DNA of 63,244 nt, counting the filler, from Perkinsus chesapeaki ATCC PRA-425 (Eukaryota > Protista > Perkinsozoa), in the NCBI GenBank assembly GCA_013115145.1. It is 6 parts of 6 records of this genome, joined end to end, with 100 filler letters (N's around TTAATTAATTAA, not from the genome) between each part and the next. Parts side by side here need not be neighbours in the genome. Positions count along the whole stretch, not along the records: positions 28,638 to 42,647 come from JAAPAO010000765.1; positions 42,748 to 48,740 come from JAAPAO010001111.1; 4 more parts are not named here. One strand, 5' to 3'. Within the stretch, counting starts at the first letter, position 1. Each line of letters opens with the position of its first letter. The position numbers and the translations under genes were made by a program. Below, piece by piece: positions 35,933-47,507 of this stretch. Below the pieces are notes generated by a model. The model made no database searches. It saw only the letters and a program-made list of their open reading frames with translations, and had not been told where the DNA came from.

Positions 35933-37381
35933 ATGATGAAGTTGCCCGACACGAGTATTCGATTCAGTGGCCCAGACAGTTTCGACTTCATAAGATCGAT
36001 ACATAGCGGCAGAAAGTCTAAAGTGTGGGTGGCCAAGATTGAGGAAGATGTAGTATTCCTCGTGTAGGGGTGGTGGCTCGCTTTAATATGTGGACATAGG
36101 TTTGTGGGCTGAAAGGGGAGATATGTGTAGTAAAGATGATCGATACTAGTCAACTTCGTACGCGAGAGCAAGTCCAACATGTGTGGGAGGAGAGGGATGC
36201 CGCAGAGATGGCTAGGGAGGTGATGGACCACGGCGCTGATACTTCCGGAGGTGTTAACTTGCTCAGAACCCTCAGTTGAGGGAACGCTGTTGTGTGCTGC
36301 TGGGCAGCTATAAGGCGAAGGGCTATGTGTGTCTTGTTCTCTCGGCTATGCGAGGGGAACCGCTTCACCATCACTTTCAGCAGGCAGTAGACGGTCATTT
36401 CACAGTGGAAAGGACGAAGTGCTTAACACTTCGGATCCCACCACTATTGCCAGTTTTTTGCCGTTTCCTAGGTTTTATATCCACTACATAGCGACAACAT
36501 TGCAGGTCCTCCACGAGCAGGGCTACGTCTACAGAGATCTCAAGGTATTAGACTGGGTCGTGTGGAGAAAGACAGTGCGTTGGTACAGGCGAGCAATGTG
36601 CTTCTAGTAGAGGGGCGTCCTGTCCTCATTGACTTCGGTATGTGCAAGAAGATAATCAAGACCGGCAGGACATACTCAGTGTGTGGTACGTATCATGCCA
36701 TGGCTCCGGAGGTAACCCGGCGACAGTGAGGTGCGTAGGATGGATGTCATCGCAGGTACGGTCTCTTTCGTGGGTAGACCATGACCTCAGGGCCACTACT
36801 ACTGATGGATATAGCTATGCAGTCGACTTCTGGAGTTTGGGTGTGCTCTTAGTAGAACTTCTGACGGGGAAGCCTCCCTTTGGGTATAGGGACGGGGATA
36901 TTGGCGACCTATTTAAGCTTTCTAAAGGTAATGTTGGGCCCTATAACCGTAGTAGTCTGATGGAGGCAGCAGGAGGCCCTCTACTGTATGATCCATTGTG
37001 GACTGGGTTTTCAATTCGAGCTGTTTTCGTTGGGTGAATCCTCGTAGTTTACTCATCTGATGAAGGCAGTGAGCCTTCCTAGCAATTCTCCCTCACATTA
37101 TCGGTTTTGTAGGCAGTCCTCAGACGATACGCTGGGCTGGGGGCTTCGAGCCGACGCCGGAGCTTACTGATCTGGTGGAACAATTACTGCAGCCAGACCC
37201 CTCAAAAAGGCTGACAGACTGGGAAGCAGTACTGAACCATCCCTTCTTCGATCGGATTACAGACGACATGCCCCCACCAGAATGGGACAGTGAACTTGGT
37301 ATCGAACTTTGGGATACTGATTTAAGCGAGATGTCATCATCTGCCAGCAGCAGCTCGTCTGACGTCTTTCGTGATTTCTAG
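35933..37381 (+). CDS. AGC-like Ser/Thr protein kinase, multi-exon
   Basis: CVVKMI (Lys), EERD (Glu), VYRDLKASNVLL, LIDFGMCK, CGTYHAMAPE, AVDFWSLGVLL, PPFGY, DPSKRL, HPFF. Confidence 0.9.
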
Positions 37382-37539
37382 TGATACCTTTCTCCGACAG
37401 CGTATGTGTTGATCAATTAGTAACGTCAGCAGTCTCAATAATGATGCTCTTATAAATCCGCGAACAGAACAGTTAGGTTTCAAACGGTTGATATCGAGGG
37501 TCCTTTTGGAAAATCCATCAGTCGCAAAGTCCCCTTGCA

Positions 37540-40500
37540 ATGACCGAACTTCAAGACTTCAAACATATCGGAGTGGCCCTTCGCCAAGTGGACGTTCCAG
37601 TATTCAACATCTCGGAAAATAAGTGAGATGACATCTATCTGACCTCCCTCAAATCCTTCCTACCCAGATGGTCTTGTCGGTCCTGTTTAATTCCCAACGA
37701 CGATCTCATAGATGAAGTCGTGACGGAGGAAAGAGAAATCGAACGCACTCTAACTGTTCAGCATATCCGTGACATTCGGAAGCGGCAGAGCGTTGGAGTG
37801 CCAACTTCCTGACCAATGTTTGGACCACGGAAGCTCATCAGGTCATTTGCTCTCGTAGCGCAGACCCTGCTCTTCACTCGGCCGTCACCAGTTCTCTGGT
37901 CTTACTGGATGTCGCACCAGAGAATTTCGACGCGGGTTCAGTCTCGCTGTTCTACTGTGGCTCTGACGGCTCTGTTGTCTGGAGCTATTGCCTTGGCAAA
38001 GAGTCGTGTAAGGCGACTGAGGCAGTGATAGGGTCCCATGCATGCATTAGTGAGACGAAAAGCGGGTTACGGCGACGGAAGGGATGCTCTTAATCATTAG
38101 GCTGTGAAACTATCGTGCTGCTGGCGTCCAGCACTTCAGCAGAAAACTTGGAAACCGAGTTGGAAGAGTACTTCCTGGATTTTCTACCTCCAACAGATGA
38201 AAAACAGCCTAGGCTTGTCAACTGTCCGTCACCAACGCTCATCATAGTACCGCCGTGGAATTGTCCTACTATAGCTGACTTGGTGCCATCAGGTATGCCC
38301 AGTGGGACATACGGAAATTGATTTAAGTGCGAGAATGGTTCGGCATCTGACTTCGCCAGGAAGATTCCGGCGAATAGAACTTATAGTTTCCAAAACAATG
38401 TTGGAGATGGCAACCGAAGCCTCCTTAGCTACAAGTAGCCATCGTCATAACTTCCGTCAGGCACCTCCTCAGTATCCGCGTTGGAGGCTCACATGAAGCC
38501 CATGGAATCCCCCCTACCCGGAGATGAAGTCGAGTTCATAGATGCTATGGAGCATCCTCCATTAACACCAGCTCAAGTCGAAGTCCATGATGTGACATTT
38601 CACGTATCACCTTATAGGGTCTTCAAATTGCCCGTCTCGCCGCCGCTCCCGTCAGTGCTCACACGAACGAAGAAATGTGGGGATGCGGGCTATTCGTGCC
38701 GCTAGTGTATCTTACAGCCATGGTGTGTTGCCTTCCCCACTACACATCAAAAGTATTGACCTAGGCTATCTGCCCCGCCGCCAGTTCTACCGAACATGAT
38801 TCTCCGTTGCTCTGGTTCAAAGTCATGCTGGCTGATGTGGCTCTGGCTGGAGGTAACCTCGCTACTGCACACGTCCTAAGTCCTGAAAAGCAGGCAGTCG
38901 GTCTAACAGAAGCGCCTCCTACGCAGCTTGTATGTTGGCTGCGCGGCTAATAGGGAGAAGCCTTTGTGAAGGGGTAGACAGACATTGTGTACCACATCCA
39001 TGTCTCAATGTGACTAGTCTTCTGCCTCTAATCCGAGATTGAGAAACTCTGTCGTATCTGCTATCAAGGAAGTTGCTATACCATGCCAAGCATGTGGGAG
39101 ACCAAGGCTATTCCATCAGAATCAGAGCCATGGCCGGTGAGCGCCATCTTTGCATCTTTAAAAATTGTTTGACCAGATATGCTTTTCCCGACAACAATAC
39201 GATCATAACCGAACTCGATGATATCATCAAGCGATGGGTGCCTAGAATAACGAGCGACGTGGAGACGGAGAGAGGTGGCAGCTCTTCGCTCAAACGTCAG
39301 CTAGTAGAAGCATCACACCTCTACTCATCAAAACAGCGGATCTCCTCTCACGCAGGAGCACCTATTTGTATTCTGTGTGCCAAGGTAAGCAGCTCGAGGT
39401 GGCTGGTCGGTCGGGCTCCGCGGTTCAGGTCAATTGTGACAGATTCAACTACTCTCCCTCACTCAATGGTTGTTTCCCTACAAGTCTTTGGGATTACGGT
39501 CGTCAGTTAAGCCACTTCTGGATAGCCAGGCCCTTGTATGTATGCTTGCAATGCCGACCATTCATTATGGAGTCGGTACTCAGTCAATTCGCGCGCCAGC
39601 TACTGTCACCATTTCAGCTACTGCCGAGGAGAGACAAATGACTTCAGCGCCTTGAAGTCTGTAGAATCCAGTGGAGTAATTCCTCCGCGAGTGGAAAGAA
39701 GGTTTACCTTCATCTGACAAGGTCTCTAGTTGTAGATGAATTCAGATATCCCTTGAAAATGGGGCAAATGAGAAGCAAGCAAACCATTAATGGCAGTGAA
39801 GAATGGTTACGGTATGAACCAGAAGCGAAGATAATGGTAAGAAAAGGCAGACGTTTCTCGGGGAGATCTGGTTTATAACAGATTCCAGTGCCGGACTACA
39901 TTCAAAGCATGGGTGAAGTTGAGGATTATGTGTTAAAGAAGGGCTCGATGCCGCAAAGCTCTAAGCGAATCCTAGCCGAGGGGACGGAGTTCGCAAGTGT
40001 TACGATGAGTGAGTCCTTTGTTTTTTGTTTGAGGCAAGAAGTATGTATACCAAGTTGGCAGCGCTGGTGTCAAACGGCCATAAGCGCTCCACGATGGGTT
40101 CGAACCACCGACCTTGTGGTTAACAGCCACACGCTCTGCCTACTGAGCTAGCGGAGCAGATGATATTTTAGTTGTAACGCATATCTGGCCCGACTACATG
40201 GAGACGCATGTCACAATTCACGTCTTTAGACGTAGAGTCTGTTAGAGACTCTCTAACAAACGTAGCTACGACGCGTAGCCTATTAGTCTGCGATTATTAG
40301 GTCTCACAAACCAAAGTGCAACAGGCATATGCAATATATGTGGGACAAGGGAGGCGACGACCATAGCCCGACCATGCCTCCACGCTTCGTGTCAGACGTC
40401 ATGCTGTCAACTTATGGACCGGTAACACAGCCTTTTCAGGTTTTCAGTGTGTATGGGCATGGTTCGCCTACGCGGATAAGCATGGCTCCACATTGGAAGG

Positions 40501-40796
40501 AATCATGCCCCCCACTGGGGTGGCGCTTGGACGCATGGATTTGCCTGTAGGTTGGAAGTGGAGTCCTTATTTCTACCAAGAATCACGACTCACAGGTTTT
40601 ATATACTGCCAGCGGAGGTCTCAATGATAGGAGATGCCCGGTTTGTCGAGAAAAAGTCGAGTCTCTCATTTTGGGTGGTGCAATCAAGAAACTATTGGGA
40701 AGCGGCCATGCGTCCTCGAATGGCACCTCCCGAGGGTTGGATGACTTGCAGACATGGGTAATCGAAGACAGCCGCTTTATTAGGTTATTCGAGTGA
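37540..40796 (+). CDS. Multi-exon protein with C-terminal C3HC4 RING finger; the 5' exons may belong to a separate gene
   Basis: Spliced reading CNICGTREATTIARPCLHAS|CFQCVWAWF (49-bp intron 40391-40439), then RCPVCREKV (~40632). The phase-1 intron 40009-40300 joins the upstream exon (...ASVTM-S) in frame. Confidence 0.55.
40085..40157 (-). tRNA. tRNA-Asn (GTT)
   Basis: Reverse complement GCTCCGCTAGCTCAGTAGGCAGAGCGTGTGGCTGTTAACCACAAGGTCGGTGGTTCGAACCCATCGTGGAGCG folds into a cloverleaf with anticodon GTT and A/B boxes. Confidence 0.95.
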
Positions 40797-41592
40797 CAGA
40801 TATTATGGAGCGATCGTGTTGCAGGGAGAAGCTCTATGGCTCGCTCTTTCGAAATGCAGAGTGGACTTCATATTAAAACCTGACACTGCCTCACTTCCTT
40901 CTCAAAGTGTTGCGCTGAGAGATAGCCCTAACACATAACAGCTGTCCAGGGCCGGTTAAAATGGCACAACATCGTTTAGTGGTTGATGAGGGCTCTCCGT
41001 AGACCATACCATTAAATTTATTGATCCTAGTATTAGCATCGTAGCAAATCCCATCAATGACGTATGCAGGCTGGTCGATCATGGCTGGTTCTCTCGGTTG
41101 CTGTGAAGAGGCGGACTTCTCGCTTGCAGCTCGGTAAACCGCGTCAATTTCAACTATTGCAGGTGGCGTAGCTTTACGGTGAAGCCCCCTCAGCAGGAAG
41201 AGGCCGAATTAATCTCCTACTTGCGAAGTTCCATCGTAGCCCAAAGCGTAGCGATCGGTTACGTCAGATTGAAGCGAAGGCCTCCCCTTGCGGCCTCACA
41301 TCGGTCTGTCGATACGCCAAAACATCTTCTGAACTCTTCGCCACGAAGGCATGACCAACACTACTACACCTGCTATGTGCTCGGAAAGACTTCATCTATT
41401 ACCATCTATTTACTTTTGCCTGAATGCACAGAAAAATCGTCTGCTACGAACAAATAACAGCAAGTTGACTATGCTTCATTCTACCCCGACAATGACCTAA
41501 AGTCGGGGACGAATAGTATTAATACTGCGAGGATGAGCCTCGGATGTTAACAATGAGTTCATGAGTCATTTAAAAGACATGAGCAGGAGAGA

Positions 41593-42502
41593 TTAGTAGT
41601 AATAGGCATATAGCGCATAATCTTCCTCAACCTGAATACAATGCTGATCTTCAATAAGCGCAGGGACACCAACCAAATCCTTGGCATTCAAGTCCTTAAA
41701 TTTGAGCTTCTTGTAAAGCGCTATGGCTGGCGCATTATCCTTTTTAACCAAGAGGAAAGCGGCCCTCATTTTCGACCATTTAGCTTTTATCTGAGCGGGA
41801 AACAATGATCCAATCGATCGTGGCTCCCCGTTGTATCATTTACAATTGTGGAGGTTCTGCATGAAGCACGTTCGCTACGAAGCCTTCATAAGAAGTTATC
41901 GAGCGGGACCAATGAACTGCGTATCTTACATCTTTGAGAGCCGCCTTTACCAGCTTCGACCCGACACCTTGCTGTCTATAATTTTCATTGATGAAGACGT
42001 TGTATATGCATGCAATCATTTTACTTTGACCCTTCTTCCACCAGGGACTGACAGGAGACCAACAAGTCACTTCTTAGGAGTGACTGTGAGCAAAGGCAAT
42101 TTCACAGAAATCTCTCAAGGCATTACATCTTGGACTTGACGAACTCGATAATTGCTTTATTCTCTGGAGCTAGTTCCACATTATATGGTGCGAAGGTCTC
42201 CATTATTCCAATTGTCATCTGATAACAAGCATGGTGAGACAACAAAAACACTTTTGTATACAGTGCACGCGGAGAGAGTCGTAGCCCTCCAGTCTTACAT
42301 GTTCGGGCTCTTTAACCGCCACGAATACGTGACCGATTCCCAGTTTGACTACCACTCCTTTCTGATTGTCACCCTTCTGGGCTATCCTATAAACGATCTT
42401 GTCGTCGTTGGGAAGTTCAAGCCCAGTCAAAGCCCCCACGGATTCCTCAGCTGATATGCACAGCGTGAGGACAAAAGAGATTGCGAACGGGATCCACTTC
42501 AT
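41593..42502 (-). CDS. GNAT-family N-acetyltransferase with N-terminal signal peptide, multi-exon
   Basis: MKWIPFAISFVLTLCISA signal. Acetyl-CoA motif A VFINENYRQQGVGSKLVKAAL and motif B LLVKKDNAPAIALYKKLKF. Confidence 0.8.
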
Positions 42503-42748
42503 GATTTAAAATGCGTTACCTAGTAAGTAATCGCTCAGGGACAAATATCGGGTCACCGTGACACAAGGTGCCGGTGTTCGTCAACTCGACACTTATGCCC
42601 GAGTGGGGATAAAACTGCTTACAATTACTTAGTTGGTCTGAAGCTTTNNNNNNNNNNNNNNNNNNNNNNNNNNNNNNNNNNNNNNNNNNNNTTAATTAAT
42701 TAANNNNNNNNNNNNNNNNNNNNNNNNNNNNNNNNNNNNNNNNNNNNT

Positions 42749-42820
42749 TGCATGCGACTGACCATTTTTGAACACTGATTGGTGAGCAACGAGCAACAGG
42801 CTCATTGGATTGTCTCACTT
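42749..42820. repeat. 72-bp inverted repeat, left copy
   Basis: Exact reverse complement of 48669-48740. Abuts N-gap. Confidence 0.95.
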
Positions 42821-42879
42821 CAACTATGAACGTGTTGCGTAGTACAGTACCTGCCATTTAAAGGCTGTATGTAGTCGGC

Positions 42880-44100
42880 ATGACGCATTCATTTCTTTGA
42901 GTTTGGCTTTAAAATTATGAAGAAAGATCTAAAAACTGCACAGAAGCTACTATCATCCCAATACATGATACTGATGAGAAACATTGTCTCAGATTCAGAC
43001 ACATTTGGAGAGAAAGTCATTCGGGCACTATCTTCAAGCTTGCAGATTGGTAAATCGACAGACCCTGAACCTTTCTTGCCGAAGACCTGGTATCGGCATA
43101 CAAGTGTAGATGAACAGGACATTGCGCTCCTAAGTACCTTCACTAAGCATTATATTCCGATACCTCGAACTACTTGAGTCAAACAGTAGCGTAAGGCTTG
43201 AGTGAGGGATATTAGGTAGAGGTGTTTCAACCATCCCAAGCTAAAACTTATCGGTCTAAACTTATCTATTGACTAACCGCAGCGGTTGTGTAAGAGCAAC
43301 TGACAGGAGTCTTCACCCGGTGGCGCTCATCCTTCATTGATCTCCGGACTCGCTACGAGACCGGGATAGAGAGAAGAGGAAAGGTGTGCTTCATCATAAA
43401 ACTCGAACCAAGGCAGCTCCAGTGAACGACGCGGCTACTTGTTGGTTGTGAGTATCTTGCTGGACCTCCAAACACTCGCACATTCCAAAACCATTTCTGA
43501 GTTAGACCCAATCCGATTAAGACATCTGTTAAAGCACGGGTGGCAGGATGCCTCGAGTATGATCGAATTGGTCTGACCTCTATTGGTCTTGATTAGGACT
43601 CTCGCCAGCTGAGGCTGAGGGATAGTTCCGAGGGGACTGTGGATGCCGGTTAAGATGTTTTTCTTAGTTTGAGGAAGTTGAAGAACGTTTAACTCAAAAG
43701 GAAGTGTAAGGTTCAGACTTTCAGTGAAGGATGGCAAAGAATATTGTGGACTTATGAAAATACGCTTACCTGTTCCTAAAGGCTTCAAGGGAGTCAGATA
43801 TGAAATTGTCAGTCAAGTCACTTCACTTAATGTAGAGAGGGAACGTTTTGGCTTGGCAATCCTCGCCACTTGAGAAGTATTATGTTCTCGGGATGTCGCA
43901 ATTCGGCACATGGAGTAGTTTCTTCAATGATAAGTTCCTCACGGGTCCGGACTGATGTACCGTACATCATGTACGGCATTTCAAGATGTTGATAATGACA
44001 GCCGAGACCCAATTGATATAGCCAATCAAGAATCAGTTGAAATCGAGACTGGAGAAGCAACAACGTCTAATGTGTTCCTTTAGAGATATTTCAAGGCCAT
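42880..44100 (-). mobile_element. Degenerate retrotransposon-like pol debris
   Basis: Stop-interrupted frames with weak retroelement-like motifs: TDVLIGLG (protease-like), LELPWF, VQFLDLSS*F (RT-like LDLxxxF). Confidence 0.3.
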
Positions 44101-44573
44101 CTATAACGCCCTGGTATGGAAAAGCCTCAGAATATTAATGAGATGCGGTCCGTAGGGTGCAGGACCCGGCTGGTAACTCCAGGTAGATAGCCCGCCGGGC
44201 ATCGCGTGGATATTGCAACATTAGTATTAATTTCCTTTGATATGATCATAAACACAATACTTATGAGAAGAAAAAGATAACCCCAGTATGTTCCGTGTGC
44301 TAGACTCAGTGTGAAGTTCGAGTAACACATCAGAAGCATAGTTGCTTGATGAAAGCGAAGGCCGACTCGAAGATCGAGGTGGATTCTTTCATACCATTCT
44401 GGGATACGCGGCTTGAGTTAAGTTGATAACATAACAGTCTTATGATAAGACTATGAGAGATATCATGAGGTATACGCTCCAGTATACTGGAGTAAAAAGG
44501 TGTATCGGTATAATAGATTTACTAATATAAGGTCACGGCATGTCATAAGACCTTTCAGACTTCCTGCTGTGGT

Positions 44574-45526
44574 CTACAGCTCTCCATCAATGCAGTCAGA
44601 CCAAGAGGAGCTTCCACAATTATATGGAATAAGCGCGAACACTTTTTCGAAGAAGACAGCATACATTTCTCTGCGGGTTTCATTGAAGAAAAACTGATAT
44701 CCATCGGTGGGAAGCATCCAACCGTAATTAGCCTCCAGATTGGATAGCACATTTTTGCCTCTAGGAGTAGAACCGATACTAATGCCAAAATTGAAGTACG
44801 TATTGTCCTTGCCAGTCACAGGCTTCGGAGGGGTGTCTACGAGGGTCTCGGTGAAGCCTATATCTCGGAACCGGCTGACCTTACCGAGGTCCGGCCTCTT
44901 TACCATTAGAGTCAACATACCCGGGCTGGTGATGTCTATAATAACACCCAGCTGTTTTTCTTGTTCCAGTTTGGGACTCACACCGAGATATAGAAGCCCG
45001 GAGTTGGGACGAAATCCAACGCAACTAATGCGATGAAGGACCAGTATTCTATCATCATAGGGGGCATATAACTCTTCTTTATCGTTGTTATAATCGAAGC
45101 CATGCAAACTCTTACCAAGATCCCAACCATATTCTTCTTTGATATCATAGATAAAATACGCGCCATCGCCAGGGCTGCTTACAATAGTCCACGAGGATGT
45201 GGCTGTGAAGGAACGCGGAGAACCCTCGGGATCATCACCACTTCTACCGTCATATACCTTCGGCTCGTCATATATCTTCGAGTCAATTGTTACGCCATGG
45301 TAGCTGGATACTCTGTCTCTCAAGGTGCTATGAACCCTAATATCCAAATTAGTAGCGTTGTTAGCTTTAACATAATAATAAGTTCTCCAGTATAAGGTCT
45401 CACTTCACTTCCTTTGCCATTGTCTTCCACGGAACCAGCATAGCACATAGGGAACGTATCTTGTGATACGCAAGTAGCAATCTTTAGAGATACCATAACC
45501 GAGGTTAGAGTTGACCGAATGCCCAT
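44574..45526 (-). CDS. Putative secreted lineage-specific protein with internal repeat; apparent frameshift near 45400
   Basis: Signal-like MGIRSTLTSVMVSLKIATCVS (ATG 45526) lies in a different frame from the long downstream ORF. Two related segments: EEYGW...FDYNNDKEELYA and ANYGW...FFFNETRREMYA. Confidence 0.55.
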
Positions 45527-45697
45527 GAAGTTGTCGAATGGTACTTTCATTTGCAGCTTATAAACCAATAAAGTGCGAGGTCTAGCTTGGGAAGGTGAAT
45601 ACGAGGAGCCGCTTGAATTGGAGACAATTCAACTAACAAGAAAAGCGCGAGCTGGATCGAGCAACTCGTTATCTAGTGATAAACCCAAGAATAGGGG

Positions 45698-47005
45698 TGT
45701 AACACGGTGGATAAATCATCAGAGAGTAACAGCTCAGGGAGCGTGACAACCACTTGTGCTACACGGAACTCAGTCCGAGTTCTTCAGAAAAAGCTTCACC
45801 ACGGTCTGAATTCCCCGATTCCGGGAACGTACTCCAGCAGGATCGACGCAGTTTGCGTGACGCCGGGCTGGCGCTTACCTGAATGGACCAGTGCAAAGTT
45901 TGGCATATTATCCCTGCAGTGTAGCGTGATGACTTGAAGCCAAATCAGGGAGTTTTGATGATTGTAGATTGATCATAGAGACACTAGCCTCAACCATTAC
46001 AAAGCGTAACAAACAGACTGAAGCGTAAAACATCACCAATCTAATCAGTACAATGCAGCGACTACAGCGCGAGCCTCGGATCCTAATCATGCATCCTAGC
46101 AGGACCACCCCTGGCACGCATAGGATCGCAAAGGGCGGCACAGAAATACAAGACCATTTGGAGCCTACATGCTATCCGAAACTCACAGTCAAAGACGGAC
46201 GGTATCATGGAGAGGCTCAGCTAGAGCTTCGACATAAATAGAACGGGCAACAAACCGAGAACGGCCAGCGGCGTCTCAGAAGGCACACACAGTCAAGTGG
46301 TTAAGCTCCGAGAGTGAGTGAATAGACCAAAGTGAAAGATTTGGCGGGGCGCAGGCGGCCGCGGGACGCCTTGGCCTTGCATAGAGAAGCGCACTGCGGT
46401 CCAGGGGGAAACCCGGCAGGTTCAGGAATGCTGGGTCCGCTGAGACGCGGGGCACGCGTACGGGTATAGCCACCCGCCACAGCAGTGCTTCTTCGCAGGG
46501 TAGCCTTTGGCTTTTAGAGCGGCATTACCATTCGATTTCACGGTCTCACTTGGCTTGTAAGGCGGCGTGCGTAAGAAGCCGCCGACTCAACAGGGCCCAT
46601 GCGGCTGGTCTGTTGCTACTTCTCTATCCCTATCCGCTCTATTTCTGCTCAAACTCTATCTGATTCTCTCTGTGATGCCGTGTCTTTTTTAGCTATGTTT
46701 TAAGGTGCACATCAGGCTCCAGACAGTATTTTATGTTGTACCGCACTTGGGTATCCTACGTAAGTAGGTGCCAGGGGTAGTCCGACTACCCCTGGCGACT
46801 ACCGTAGTCGTGCAACTACCACGACCTACCACGGTGGTAGGGAGCGTGAGTGCAACCTGGAGTCAGCTCTGTGGTCGCTGTGCTATGCTGGCTAAGCTAA
46901 TCGTTGCGTTGACCCGGTTTGGTGTAGTGGTGCCTTTCAAAGCCCTATTGGTATACTCACTACTCAACCACTAGAGGTTGAGGCCCTAAACTTGAGGCTG
47001 TTACA
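45698..47005 (+). mobile_element. LTR-like unit (1308 bp)
   Basis: Begins TGTAACA and ends TGTTACA (perfect 7-bp inverted termini, TG...CA). Preceded by purine tract AAGAATAGGGG (PPT-like). No long ORF; GC-rich core. No target-site duplication. Confidence 0.45.
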
Positions 47006-47507
47006 GCTTTGTGATAGAGCAGTTCCTAAGTTTCTCACTCGGGCTGCGCCCAGGCGCACCATTTTCAAACACGTTGTCGGCTGTTCCTAACAATTAGGTG
47101 GTCCAGGTGTTGTACCCTCTATCTCCCGACTTTTATACTGCATACGACTGGACCTGTAAACGCAGAACTGTACCTTTCAAATTCCTACTTAGGAAAGAGT
47201 TCCTTAAATTTGATCAGGCGAGCTCGATAACAGTTAAGTTATTAGTGAAGTAGTTCCAACTAGGTTACTACAGACTTCGATTCCGAAAACTTGGTTAGAT
47301 CGATTTCGAATATAGGAATATTTTTAATTTTATTCAATATTAACATGAAACATATAACTACAGTTCATGGTTTCCTCAGAAGATGCTTTACAAGTCGTGA
47401 AGTACTGGAACCTAACAACTGAAATATCTGCTCATCACCATACATAATCGACCCGCGGAGTAGATCAAAATACGAGGCGGATTGGAGGCTGCATTACCAA
47501 AACTGAA

